This document shows positions 34,701 to 48,235 of a stretch of 64,000 nucleotides of DNA, piece by piece; the first letter of the stretch is position 1; every line of letters begins with the position of its first letter. Source of the DNA: Vitrella brassicaformis CCMP3155. Its lineage: Eukaryota > Protista > Chromerida. The stretch lies in NCBI GenBank assembly GCA_001179505.1, contig CDMY01000433.1, positions 1-64,000 on the forward strand, given 5' to 3'. A program made the position numbers and the translations under genes. The notes beneath the pieces were generated by a model. The model had not been told where the DNA came from. It did not search any database and saw only the letters and a list, made by a program, of their open reading frames with translations.

Positions 34701-37700
34701 AGTGCATTGTATAACATGGGGGGGTTGAGTCAGGCAGGCAGGCAGGCAGCGGTTGGTTGGGGGAGAGTTCAGTTGAGCCAGCAGAGCAGAGCAAGCCAGG
34801 ACATCACACACATTACTGACTGACTGACATTGATCGACAGACTGACTCACACGTCTCGTCTTGTCCCTGCCTGTGTGTCCTGGCTTGCTCGCTTGCTTGC
34901 TGCATCCGTTGAAGACAGACAGACAGACAGACACCCACACATACACCACACCCACACACGTGTGTATGTTATGTAGGTCATGAATGCCAACCGACCGACC
35001 GACCGATCGGTGGACCGATCCCCAATGTGGGCCGACAGACAGACAAACAGACAGACAGAGCAAGAAACAAACGACCCGACACACATCATGATGATGCAGG
35101 CATGTGCGTGAGTGAGCGGATCAAGCAAAGAAACAACAACAACAACCACGACAACAAGAGTCAGTGAGTGAGTCTGCCGGATCAGCCAGCAGCAAGACAG
35201 CAAGACAGTGAGTGAGTGAGCGTTGACGTGACGTAGCCGTACATATGATTTATATGGAAAAAGTTACGTGAGTGGACGGAGGCACGGACCAACCAACCGA
35301 CGAGCGAACGGACCGACATCAGCCTCCCAGTGCCTTCAAACCCAGTGGTCCCGCGGCCCGGATGCATCAGCACTGTGAGCCTGGATCAGTCAGTCCACAG
35401 CGCAGCTACACCGGCAACATGGAACACCCAGGCATGAAAACACGGCAGCCGTCACGACAACAACAATAGTCAGACTGGCATGGCATCGACCGTTGTCATT
35501 TACACGCACACTCACACGTGTGGACACAGACAGACAGACATAGCGATACGCGCGCATACACATGGCCGGCCGGCAATGGCATGGCAGACAAGACAGCAAG
35601 CCTGGGAGTCAGGTCAGTAACTTGTGGTGACTGGGTGGCTGGGCTGGGCGGGCGAAGTGCTCAGATTGTGTCCATTATCCGTCCATCAGGTCATTGTGTA
35701 TGTCTATCTGTCATTGTGTATGTTGGCCGGGTGGGGTGGCCGCTGGTCTTGCTCTGGGGTGCTACAGAGCCCCGTGCAAGCCTCACCGAATGCCCCTCTG
35801 CTGTAGGAACCCGGTGCGCCTCGCACGCAGCAATGACACATCCCAGAACACGACTAGCCAGCCAGTTGTACGTGAGAATCTCTGCCTGGCTACGCTGCGC
35901 TACGAGCTAGTCAAGTCATGTCAGTGAGTGAGGCCGAAGTGTATAATCCATCGGAGCCGCACTGGGTGGACGTGCTCATTTTAGTGTAGCGCAGCCACGC
36001 ACACATCGGTCAGACAGTCGGGCAGTCAGTCGGTCGAGTCGTCGCCCCTTGGTTCGTTGGTCTCACTCACCACACCGTCCCCACGTCACTTCACACCACC
36101 ACGCCCCGCCAGGCCACGCCACGCAGTCTTCTGCCTGTGTGTGTTGCTCTGCTCCCCTTTCCTTCCCCTGCGTGTGTGTGTGTGTATGGCGACAGACATT
36201 GGGAGTGCGAATACAGCGCGCGGACATTCACAGCGGAGAGAGAAACACAGCGATGGACACACGGACAGACACTGATGTGTGGTATGTGTGTATGTATTGT
36301 TAGGTATTGCTATGGTCTTACGACACGACGACAGACAAATCGGGGTCACAGACAGACAGACAGTCAGTCAGTCAGTGGGCCAGAGAGAGAGTGAGTGAGT
36401 GGAAAGGATAGGATAACACACATACACACATTACAAATACGCGTACGCACAGCCACACACAACAGCAAGTGGGTCTGGTCTGGTCTCATGAAGGAGGAAG
36501 GAATTAAGGCTCACACACATACACACACACATGCACATGCATGCACAACAGCATTGCACATCGTGGGTGGCACAATCAATGGTCAATCAATCAATCGATC
36601 GATCGGCCGATCGATCGAGTCGGTCATGCAGTCAGTGGCCGGCGAGTCAGATAGTGGACCTCACCCACACAGACAGACAAGACAGACAGACAGACAGACG
36701 GACCCCTCAGTGCGCTCCCCCCCCTCCCTCCCTCTCCCTCTTCCCCCCCGCCCCCCGGTCTCTCTATCTTTCCTCCTCCTTTTCCTCCTGTGTTCTGCTC
36801 CAGACAGCGTAGCTGTTGCTCGAGCAGAAAGCAGACATACATGCTTTCACGCACACACATCTCTCCCACGCTCTCGCTAGCTAACACACTCGCTCGTACC
36901 AATACACACATACCAACCAACCAACCGGCCCCACACAACAGAGACAGACAGAGCGAAAACAGCCCCGAGGTCGACCGAGGAGGCCCATAGAAGAAAGGAC
37001 AGAGACGGACAGACGGAGATGGATGGATGGATGGATGGGTTTGGGCGGAAAAGGAACCCAGAATGGATGGATGACGTCCAGTAAGACAAGAAAGATAGAT
37101 AGAACCGTTTTCTTCCTACCACACACCCCCTTGCTGCCTCCCTCCTCGATGGTTCGTTCACTCCTCACTGCTGCTCTGCTGTGCTCTCTTGTTCGTGCGT
37201 GCGTGGGTGTTGGTGTGGTGTGGTGTGGTGCGGCACCATGGATGGAATCAATCAATCATATCATTGCATGCATCTCAGTGCACTGCATGTCATGTACCAC
37301 TCATCATCACTCATTCATGGCAGCCTTGAACCGTCAGTAGTAGTCAGCCTCTTAAATTATCGCGTCACTCAGCAGATAGATGGCAGGCACATCGCTCCGC
37401 AAACAGACAGGGAGGGAGAAAGGGATCCGCACACCGCACCGCATCACACCGCACCGCACCGCACCGCATCGCATCGCACCACACCGCCCCGACAGCAGCC
37501 ATCCACTCGTCTGCACTCATTGCACACGGACACAAACGCCCCTGCGCAAAATGGGGAGAGGGCGCTGTGTGTGTGTGTGTCTGTGTGTGCCCTTCATTCG
37601 GTCATTACCCAGCCTGTCTGCCTGTCTGCCTGCCTGTCTTGTCTGTCTGCCCCTCTCTCTATGGTGCATTCCGTTGTCTGTCTGTTCTTCTCATTGCATA

Positions 37701-40389
37701 CGAATAGGGTCGATGATGAACGGAAAAACGAGAGAGGCGTATGGATCGCATCTATCGTATACATACACACGTACACGTGTGGTGTGGTGTGGTGTGTCCG
37801 TGTCTGTCCCGCAGGCAACGAACGAACGCATCATCGAGTGAATGGGATGCATGGGATGGGATTTTCGTTTGGCTCAGTCAGTCACATAATGGATATCGGT
37901 CAGTCGACAGGAGGGCGGGAGTGTTGCACTGCACGATAGTGCAAAGAAACAACCAGAGACACCCAGACGCACAGACACGCAGAGAGAGACAGAGAGAAAG
38001 AGATACAAAGAAAATCTCATCGCCACCACCACACAGGACAGCACACAACCACACAACCACAAGACAGACAGACAAGCAGGCAGGCAGGCAGGCGGGAAGC
38101 ACTAAGAAAGGGCGGGTGGGTGGGCAAGAGCACCAACCACACCAAAAATACAAAAATATACATACGAGAAAGGATGCGTTGTGTGCGAGTCTCCGTGTGT
38201 GTGTATGACAGACATAGGGATGGATGGATAGCCATCCCCCCCTCCCTCCCTCCCCTCTCCCCTGACAGTGCCCGCACCGTACCTATCTATCGTTAGTCCG
38301 TTCGTTGGTCAGCTCTGCTCTCTTATATGCACCCACCGCACTGCACCGCACCGAAGGCAGCTGGCTGGGACCACCGAGTCTCCCAGCCTCCCTCGGCGCC
38401 TTCTCTCTCTCTGTCTCCACGTACGTATGTCTGTATGGTTACACGTATGCAATGCATCATTCATTGGATCGTCGGGTCGCGCACTCAGTTAGTCTAGTGA
38501 GTGAGTCAGCCAGTGAGTGAGGGAGTCGTCAGCCGGGCAGACAGACAGCGCACTTAAAACGCATACACGCAGACACGCACGCACGCAAAGTGAGTGCGAG
38601 TCAGTCAGTGAGTGGGGCAAGGCACCACACCACACGACACGACGCACAGACAGGGGAGGCTCGGCTCGGCTGGGCGTGGGCAGGTGTGAAGGGGCAGAGA
38701 CAGATGGATGGATGGATGGATGGACAGAGAGGGGGCCAGCAACGCAACGGACGGACGGGCTATCCTCCTATGCCGCTGTGCTATGTGCGCGCCGCTCATC
38801 TGATTGACCACGACAAAAGACCCCACACACACATCCATCCATCCATCCCCCACCTGCTGCCCTGCCGGCCTGTGTGTCACCTCACCCTGCCTGTCCTGTA
38901 GTGCATATAATGCATTGGTTGGTAGTATTGCACAGAATGACGGACAGTGACTGAGTGAGATAGTGAGACAGTGAGTGTGTAGCATTATAAGCATGTATGT
39001 ATGTATGTGGCTGACATCCATCCATCCATCCGTCCATCCGAAGGGCGAACGGCCGAACGGATGGCAGGAGACAAATAGCACCCAGCGATAGGTAGGTAGT
39101 CGAATGCACCATAGCATACACATACACATACACGCACACGCAACACACCACACACACCAGTCGCGAGCAACAGCAGCGGCGAGCGGGCGTGGGTGTGGCG
39201 GACAGACTGAGGGAGGTGAGGGAGGAAGTCGGGCGACCCTGACTGTGGCTGTGGCTGTCATTTCTTTCTTTTGCCGGCGTGCCTGCCTGCCTCCATCTGA
39301 CTGACTGACGTGTCTGTCGCCTGGCCTGCAGCTCAATAGATGAGCGCCAAACAAACACTAGCCAGCCAGACAGACAGACACACACCGCCCGCACCCACAC
39401 CACAGCCAGCCAGACATGCCCTCCGCGCGCGCCCTCCCTCTTCCTCCCCCTCGCCCGCCCCAGCCTTTGGTTGCTCGCGTGGCAAAACGTAGGGAGTCAC
39501 ATCCATCGGTAGCGTTAGGGCACACAGACACTCACATCACAGACACACGGGGATGCACAGCACACACCGCACATGGACATACAAGCGAGTCGACAGACAG
39601 ACAGGCAGCCAGGCTGGACGATTGAGTGATGCAATTGACAATGGACTGACTGGCAACAATAGTTAGTCAGTGTGTGTATGCCCTGCAGACAGTCAGACAC
39701 TTAGGCAGAGGGGGTGAGGGAGTTGGTAGGGTAAGAGGCGGAACGCTTCCTGAGTCATGCAGCCAGCCAGCCAGCCAGCTTCCCAACCAGGCGTGCACAC
39801 CCACACACTCACACAGATAGATAGAGACCGCCACACACCCACCACACATTGACCAGCGACACAGCACCGACCACCGAGCACCCTATAGGAAATAAGACAG
39901 ACAGACGGACGGACGGACCACCACACACATACAAAGCACACACACACACACTCACACACACACACATGGATAGATGCCTGCAGTGCACTGCACTCCTCGA
40001 CGGATGCATACGTGCGTACCGTAGCACACACACCAGCAGACAGACAGCCAGGTGGGTGAACCCGACCCGACAAGGGGAGGGAGGGAGGGAGGGAGGGAGG
40101 GAGGGGGAAGGGAAGGAACCAGCCAGCCAGTCAGTCGGTCAGTCACTTAGTCAGTCAACGAGACGAACGGTACGGTGGGAGGGGAGGGGAGGGGGAAAAG
40201 GAATAAGGAACATCGATAGATACCAACGAAAACGTAGCTATGTACCTACGTATGCATCTGATCGGCACGGACGCACGCAGTGCAATGCATTGCAGGCACG
40301 TCCAGCCTCGCCCAAGAGCGTGACCGGCCCCCTGCTCCCGTGGCGTGCGTGTGTGTGTGTGTGTGGTCCGTCGTCAATCGATTGATTGA
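31800..40389. repeat. About 8.5 kb non-coding tract of mixed microsatellites
   Basis: Dense (CA)n, (GACA)n, (CATC)n/(GATG)n, (GGCA)n, (GTCA)n, (CCAA)n and (CACCG)n runs. All ORFs here are repeat translations and no protein motif was seen. Confidence 0.85.
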
Positions 40390-42970
40390 TTAGTCATCAT
40401 AGTGGTCGGGGCACGCCTTGATCAAATCTGCACAAACAGAGCGGGCGAGCGTCCTTGTCTTGGTGTGTGTGCATGGGCATGGGAAAGGTTGGTGTGTGGT
40501 CTGGCTGGTTTGTTTGTTCGCTGACCCTCGGCGGAAATGGTGGCAGCCCAAGTGGCCAGGACGTCAGACGCGCTCGTCGTGTGGTGAGAGGGGGTGCCGC
40601 ACGAACCAGACGGAGACAACTGATTCAAACACAACATAGAGACGTGAAAGTGGTCGACCAGCGGCATGGCTTAGGTCTGTATGTGCCTTTGTCTCCCCCA
40701 ACCCACCTGTGCCATGAAGGGCGGCATGCCACCCATGCCGTGCACCGCTGCCTGGTCCATGTAGGGGTAGTCTACCCCGCCCCCACACATGCCGCTCACG
40801 TCGCCTCCCATCATCATGACGCTCGAGAAGTCGGGGTGCGACGGGTGGCCCACACCCACACCCACACCGACGCCAATGTCGTCACTCGCGCCAACAGGGC
40901 GATGATGGGCGTGCGAGTGGTGCATCCCATACGAGCCGTCGTGCGAGTGGCCGCGGTGCAGCGGGGCATGGCCACCATTGCTGTCGCTGGACCCTGCTGG
41001 ACCACCGGTGCCACCGCCCATGGCCACCGGGAGGGGCACGCCATTGCCGGTGGTGAGACTCACCACCGACTCGAAGCACGGTCCACCGGCCGCAAAGGCG
41101 TGTGGGTGGCTGGGGATGGGCGCCGGCGGCGGCGCCCCCTGCCCCTGCTGCTCGTGGTTGATGAGGTGGTTGCGGATGCGTGTGGAGGGGTCCATTTCGC
41201 TCTCGCTGTCCGACCCGCCGCTCTGGGTGGGCGACTCCTCACTCGAGTAGCGGAAACTCACCGTGTCGCTCGACCCGCTGCGCTCGTGGTACACCGACCC
41301 CGCACCCAATGGCTCGGTGGGCACGTCGGTCGAGTCAACGCTGCCCGCCCCGCACGAGTCGGTGGTGCAGTGGCCCAGGTCGTCGTTGGAGGTCTGGTGG
41401 GGGATCTGGGTGTTGCTGTGGGTGTTGCTGTGGGGTGCGACGCCCAGCAGTGCGTGTAGGGGGTCGGCTGGGAGGGGAGGGGGCGGCGGCGGGGGCAGGT
41501 GGTGGGGCAGTGAAGGGGTTGTGGTGGTCGAACGCGACGGGGGAGACGAATCGCGAACGCTCAGCACCGTCGGCCTGGGGAAGGAAGCGAGACACACAAC
41601 ACCCACAACACAAGTAGCTCGGATGCGATGCTTGCCATGGCTGTGTCTGTGCGCGTCGTGTCCCGTCCCTTTGTTACATGTTTCGTTTGGGCGTGTATCG
41701 TCTGGCATGGTGTGGCTGGTGGTGCTGCGACGAGTGGTGGGGACGCAACACACGGGGACTGCTGCCATCTGATCCAACCAACACACACACACACACAGAC
41801 ACACACACAGGCAGGCAGAGGAAGGCAGCGATTATGTGATGCACACATGACGATATGCAGATAGACACAAACGGCACACACGTCTGTCTGTCTGCCTGTC
41901 TGTCTGTCTGTGTGTATGTGTGTATGTGTGTATGTGTGGTTGCGTTGGTTCAGACATCTAAGGAAGTCCTCATTTGACTCGCTGCGGCGCATCACAGCTC
42001 GTCATGAGAGTACACTGCGAATGTAGAGACGTTCCTTTGCTATCATCATCACTCACTCACTCACTCACTGACCAACCAACCGACTGCCTGCCTGCCCCTC
42101 CCTCCCTCACTGCCTGCCTGCCTGCCTGTCTGCCTGGCTGGCGCACCCGCGCCCCCATTAGCTCACCGTGTCCTATGTTGGCAGAGTTGTCCTTGGTGCG
42201 GTTGTGTGCAGTCGACTGGTCGGCCTCTTGGGTGGCTGCCTCGATAGGCATGGGGTGGTGTGGGTGGTGAGAGGGGCGGTGGTGGTGGGGCTGTCCATGG
42301 TGTCCACCGTGACCGTGACCATGGTGCGGGTGCCCGGTGTTGCCGATGCGCGCCACGTGCAAGTTGCTGCCTCCATACCCATGACCTGACCCGCCACCGC
42401 CATTGCCCCCGCCCACCCCGTTGCCGTCCTCGTCGAGACCGCACAGGGGATTCAGCTCACGCTGCCCATGGGCGAACTTGCACGATGGGTCGTTGCAGCG
42501 ACCCTTCAGCCACTGACCACACAACTTGGTCTGGTGGACACACACACAGAGGGACAGAGGGAGAGACACGACCATGTGTGTCGTGCTCGCTGATCCAGGC
42601 CTTGTGGTCCCCTCCTATGCGTGTTGGCGTACCTTTCGCAGGTCGGGGATGGACCGCATTTCCTCGGCTGAGTGCGCGTAGGTGCAGTTCTCGCGAGTAC
42701 ACCGACCCTCCTGCACACGCACACACCAAAATCAAAGTCACCACACAGATGGATGGAGCACCGGCGTCCCCCAGTGTCAGAGACGAGAGTACCTACCATA
42801 AAAAATTTGCAGAACTTAGTCTTCCAACACCTGTTGTTTGTCAATCAAGACACACAGAGAGCACACAGGCAGACAGCGAGCAGACAATGAATCACCCAGC
42901 AGCGACAGAGTGGCCTGACTGGCGGATCTGTGCCCAGGCACACGCGAGGTGCCACCACTCATCCCCCTGC
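40390..42970 (-). CDS. Tandem CCCH zinc-finger RNA-binding protein (TIS11/ZFP36-like fingers, C-x7-C-x4-C-x3-H)
   Basis: Spliced WKTKFCKFFMEGRCTRENCTYAH and RKTKLCGQWLKGRCNDPSCKFAH, a long Gly/His/Pro/Ser-rich tail, and terminal exon DLIKACPDHYDD* (stop at 40390). The 5' end was not resolved. Confidence 0.82.
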
Positions 42971-43512
42971 CCTCCGCAGTGCCCTCCCGTCGTGCCCTGC
43001 CCACTGCCCTCTCTGGCTGCTGAGTGCGCGTGCGCTGCTCCCCTGTGCGCACCTGGCTGAGAGGCGTGACGGCAACGCGTGATGGTTAGTCATCGTGGTC
43101 GTGTCGTTCATCTTATGCTCTCAGCAACTCCTCCGTCATATAATGGCAGGTCACCAGCGCCGCCTGAAGGAGATCGATCGACACAGATCTCCGCTGCAAC
43201 ACACTCTTCTACGACTAACGGTCTTCGGCAGAGCAAACGAGGGAGGAGGGAAAGCGCCAAAGAAATGCCGGCGTATGCGAGCTAAGCTGCCGATCGTTGG
43301 CTTTTATCGGCCTTTTTCTCTTCGTTTTCCACACCACACGTCCTTGCACCTTTCACCTGACTCACCTGCATTTGCGTGAGGCATTTTCTCCAGCAAAAAC
43401 CATCTCATCAGGTCGTAGGTCTATAGGGTTCCGTGGGTAGTATCCGTCCTTTAGTGTCTCCGTCAAACGGGGGGAGGGGGCGTGGGGGCAAGACTGGGAG
43501 TCTCCGTCGAAA

Positions 43513-45696
43513 ATGTCGTTTCTGGCGGAGACGGAACGCCGAATCGACAAGCTGCTCCACGAGTGAGAGACGAAGAAACTCGCGCCACTCTGTCATTGCA
43601 TGGCTGTGTTTGTCTGTCCTGCACTGCAGTCTTGAGGTTGATGAGGCCGTGCGCACGCCAGCCAGCGCCCCGCTGCCGCCCGTTCAGAAGGTGGCGAGGC
43701 GGCTGGCCGACATGGACGAGGAGGATGACTGGGCACTGCCGCCCAGAAGGGGCACACACCTCCACACACGCCCCGCGCCAATCGACACGAGCCCACACAC
43801 CAGACCACGTGCGTCAGTCGGGATGGATCCATGGATACATATGTGCAGACAGAGCCGCACAATGTTATGCACTCCAGGCCAGGCCTCATGCCTTGTGTGT
43901 GTTGCCGTCAGTGTGTGTGAGGGCGGTAGAGAGGAGCCAGGCCGAGGTGCAGAGCCTGCAGGACGAGTCGAGACGCCAAAAGAGACAAATTCTCATGCTC
44001 AGCGAGGTAAGTAGGTGCACTGACCATGCATCCACACAGGCCGAATGGATGGACGCCCCCAGGTTTCGTCAATTAATGTGTATGTGTAGGACTGTCGGCG
44101 GCACGCGTTGGAGGCTGAGCGGTCCCGAGCTCTGGCCGCCAAGCTGGAGGTGGCCCAGCGACAGAGCAGCGATGAGAGGGTCAAACTACTCAGCCAAATC
44201 GCTGAGGTCAGTCATTCGGCCGGCCAGCCAATCACACATAGACACAGACGTACAAGACCATGGGCATGAATTGCCTCGTGCAGCTTCGTGCTGACGTGGC
44301 GGCGTGTCGTCACGAGAATGAGACGCTGAGGCGGCGCAACGCGGCTGACGACCTCCGGGAGCAGGAGATCCGCGCGCAACTCGAACAGCACATGGACCAA
44401 AACACAACTCTCACACAACAATACCAGGTAGGCGCGGTTTGCCGGCCAGGTCAGGTCAGATGAGGCATTCATTTGTTTGGGCGTGGCGTGCGTGTTGTGG
44501 GGATCGTATCGGTTGCAGGATGCGTGTCTGGGTCAGCAGCGGCTGAGTGGCGAGCTGCTGGAGGCTGACAAGGTCGCCGCCGACATGAGACGGGCAGTGC
44601 AGCCCCTGCTCATCGACAGGTAGACCACCATCAGCCATTTCCCCATTGGCTGTCCGCCGCATGTAGGTCTGCGTTGATGGCGTTTGTGTCACGGCTCCTC
44701 TCCCTGACCGTCGACACCTTCTTCGACCCAACACCATTCTTCAAGGCAAGCAAGGCACGCACCGCACACACCCAGAGAGAGACAAGTATCGTATGTATGC
44801 CGGCCACTGTCCATCTCTTCCTGTCAGAATGATCGCACGGTGAGTGGGGAGGGCCGTGCGAGAAGTGCACCGCCCAAATACACCAGGGGAGTGCCCATGC
44901 GGCTCCAGAGACGAGTCGAGGTGCGTACCACCACATCCAAGAGTGTGTGAGTGCGATGGTGTGATGATGTGTGTGACGGCTGCCTGCCTGCCTGTCTGCG
45001 TGTAGGCCCGCCGGATGGGGGAGCTGTGGGAGCTGCTTGAGCGACGTGAGTGAAGGCGTGGACATTGCAGCCAGCTGGCGGGCCTGCGTCTCTCGATATG
45101 CATGTCTGTCTACGTGCTGTATGTATGTCTGTGTGTGCAGAGCGTCAGGAGCTCCGTCAGATGTCCAAGGACCTCCTGACAGTCGCAGCCCAAACCCTCG
45201 AGGAAAGCCAACGGACACAAGACGTACGCAATCCAATCCAATCCACACACAGACAGACAGGCAAAGCACATGCATGTACACAAATTGAATGCATTCACGT
45301 CTCGTGATCGATCCCCACGTGTGTGTGTGCTCTCGGTGTGTCATCCATTCATCTATCAATCAGGTTGCACTCAAGTGTCCGCTGGCCCCATTGGCCAGCG
45401 ACATTCCCGAGCTGCTGGACGAGCTGTCCCGGACGCTGCCGAGCCTCACCGGTGTGGATAAGGGGCCCATCGACATCCGAGAGGGGTCGGCCGGCAATGT
45501 GTGGCTGGGGCGGGAGAGGTACGTGCTGCGCCTCATGAAGGACATGACAGAGAAGTGCGCATACCTGGCAAAACTCGAGAAGGCCGCAGAGAAACAAAGG
45601 GGCGGGGCGGGGGTGTGCCGCGACATATGCTATGGCGTCAACCACTACGGTCAGAGGATCCACGGCAGGCCGGGGTGGTGCTCTCTGTGGCCCTGA
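43513..45696 (+). CDS. Coiled-coil protein of unknown function
   Basis: MSFLAETERRIDKLLH start. Heptad-rich exons (AVERSQAEVQSLQDESRRQKRQILMLSE, LRADVAACRHENETLRRRN, ERQELRQMSKDLL) have canonical splice sites. Stop at 45696. Confidence 0.65.
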
Positions 45697-45934
45697 ATGA
45701 GTGCCAGATGCGTGATTGATTGATGTATGGTCAGCTGATTGATGAGCTGGCGAGGCGAGCGATTGGCTAGAGTCAGCTAGGGAGGCAGGCGGTGTGGTGA
45801 ATGGGATGCCTGGATGGACGCGTGAGTGAGTGAGTGCTCCCACCAACCGATCGACGAGACACAGAGCTGATGGCATGGATGGCATGGTCTGCACGATTCG
45901 ATTCGTCCATTCAGTCAGCACATGTAATACCACT

Positions 45935-48235
45935 GACTGATATAAAATGCAGGCAGCGATATAAGTAAGTCACGCCACCCTCTCTGTCACGTGCACACAC
46001 CTGGGCCTACATGTCTTTCTCCCACCCACCAAAGTGCTACGACGAGCTAGACACGGAGTCGGCGTTCTGTGAGACAATCCTTGTCAACGAACGCAAACAT
46101 CGCGACAAGGTGCACCAAGGATATAAAATGTAGGCAGCGATGTTATTTAACGCCCTCTAAGGACGTGTCCAGCTCACGCACACCTTGGGCTTGCCGCCCG
46201 TCTTGATCTGCCGCACTGGCAATTCCCGGGGCCCTCCTCGCGGCTGCGGGCGTCGTCCAGCAGCTGACGCGCATACTCGACCACCTCGTGGTCACTCAAT
46301 GCACGATCTGATCCAGACAGACAGACAGACAGACAAGTGAGGGGAGGGCACCAATGCACAAACGAGACACGGGGGGGAAGGGTAGCCCCACCAGCGGTTG
46401 GCGGCGTGGGTGGCGGCTTCAATAAGGGGCGGCCAGTGGGGGTGCAGATGAGGCGGCGGCAGCCTGTTCCTCGGCTGTGAGTAAAAACAAGAAGGAGCTC
46501 CACCATGTAGCACCGATAGGCGTGCATCTTTATCCCTCCCTTCCTACCGGGCTTTGACTGAAATCCCTTCTCTTTGATGACACGGGTCATCTTCTCTCTG
46601 AGGGCACGATACCTCCGAACGTTCTCGATGCCTGCTGCCCTGAAACAGTGGCGGCCGGCCTAACCTCACACACGAAAGACAGAAGACAGCCCGCAGGTCA
46701 TGCTCCGCTTCCATCCATTCGGTTTGTCAATGCCGCCCCCTTCATGTACCTCGTTTGGAGCGTAAAGGAAGTCTTCGATGGCCTCCTCCACCTCCTTCTG
46801 GGACACGTTGGGGTCCTCGCCCAAAAAGGCCTCGCCCAGCTCGATCACCCGCCAAAAGAGGGCCAGCTCCTCCTCCGTGGGGTCGCGGGGAGGAGTCCGG
46901 CCCGCCCTGACGGCCAGCTCGGCGGCAAGGGCTCGCTCGGCGGCTGTTGGTGGGCGGGGGCGGGTGGAGGACTGCTGGGTGGAGGGCGGGGGAACAGAGG
47001 GCAGCATGGCGCACAGTGAGGGACCGTGGAGGGCACAGGGTGGGGGTTTGACAGAGGTATCTTCTGTAGGTGGGCACGAAATATCTTCTCTTCGACGGCA
47101 CGATACCTGTCAACGTCCTCCTCGGATGATACTCGGAAGAGGTGGCGGGCGGCCTGACCTCACGCACAAAAGACAGCAGACAGCCCGCAGGTCATGCTTC
47201 GTTTGCATCCATTCGGTTTGTCTAATGCCGCCCCCTTCATGTACCTTGTTTGGAGCGTAGACGAACTTCTCGTTGGCCTCCTCGACCTCCTTCCGGGGCA
47301 CGCTGGGGTCCTCGCTCAGCTCGATGACCCGCCAGAAGAGCGCCAGCTCCTCCTCGGTGGGGTCGCCGGGGGGAGTCCGGCCCGCCCTGATGGCCAGCCA
47401 GCTCAGCGGCTGTAGGTGGGCGGGGGCGGGTGGACTTCTGTTGGGTGGAGGGCGGGGGAACAATGGACAACATGGCACAGTGAGGGGGAGCGTGGAGGGC
47501 AAGGAAGGGCAGGGCGAGCAGCGAGCAGGGACGTCTCTCGTCAGCGAGGGAGAATCACCTCTCCTCGGCGAGCTCAGGCATGTCTGGCGGCTTCAGTGGG
47601 GGTGAGGGGCGGCCAGCGGGGGTGCGGTTGAGGCGGCAGCGGCAGCCATTTCCTGGGCTGTGAGTAAAAACAAGGAGGAGCGCCACCATGTACCACCGAT
47701 AGGCGTGCATCTTTATCCATCCTGTTCCTTCCTACCGTACAAGCGAGCATGCTCCATGTATTCCTCCTTCTTCCACGGGTCCGAGGCGGCGTGGAACCTG
47801 CAGATGTCCTCAAAGGAGGTTGCCCGGAAGACGTGGCGGGCGGCCTGACCTCACGCACAGAAGACAGCAGACAGCCCGCAGGTCATGCTCCGCTTCCATC
47901 CATTCGGTTTGTCAATGCCGCCCCTTCATGTACCTCGTCAGGAGCGTAGAGGAAGTCTTCGATGCCCTCCTCCACCTCCTCCCGAGCTCAGCTCGATCAC
48001 CCGCCGCATGATATGATGTATGATATGTGGCATATCCTCCTCTCAGGCGGGCGAGGCAAGCTGTCCAGTGGACAGGGCAGAACAGGGGGCATCCGAGGGC
48101 ATCTTGCAAGGGCAGTGGTGAGCAGCATGATAGCGAACGGGGCAACTAAAAGTTTAAAGGTTGTGCCGGCAGATAAAGGGTTATTGCTGCTTCAGGCCGT
48201 CTCGTCGAGAAAAAATCTCGACTGCGAGCTTGACG
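45935..48235 (-). repeat. Mosaic repeat locus: leader hairpin, three tandem exon-intron units (A, B, C), captured AP2-gene fragment, doubled trailer
   Basis: Units encode (R)DPTEEELALFWRVIEL..EDP.V...EVEEA.E.F.YAP.E followed by a conserved intron GTACATGAAG...GTCAG/GTTAG. Unit C (ATG 47007) splices to a short intact ORF; A and B are frameshifted. Homologous to 57057-59580 in inverted orientation. Confidence 0.8.

Noticed and set aside
36595-36618. Perfect 24-bp palindrome TCGATCGATCGGCCGATCGATCGA
   Set aside because: It arises trivially from self-complementary (GATC)n microsatellite units, which recur in this tract.
31400-40389. Many 60-250 aa ORFs in the microsatellite tract
   Set aside because: They are translations of simple repeats (CVCV, THTH, DRQT, MDGW) with no domain signal or coherent exon chain.
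40455-41459. 334-aa ORF on the + strand
   Set aside because: It is the antisense shadow of the GC-rich low-complexity exon of the CCCH gene and has no motif of its own.
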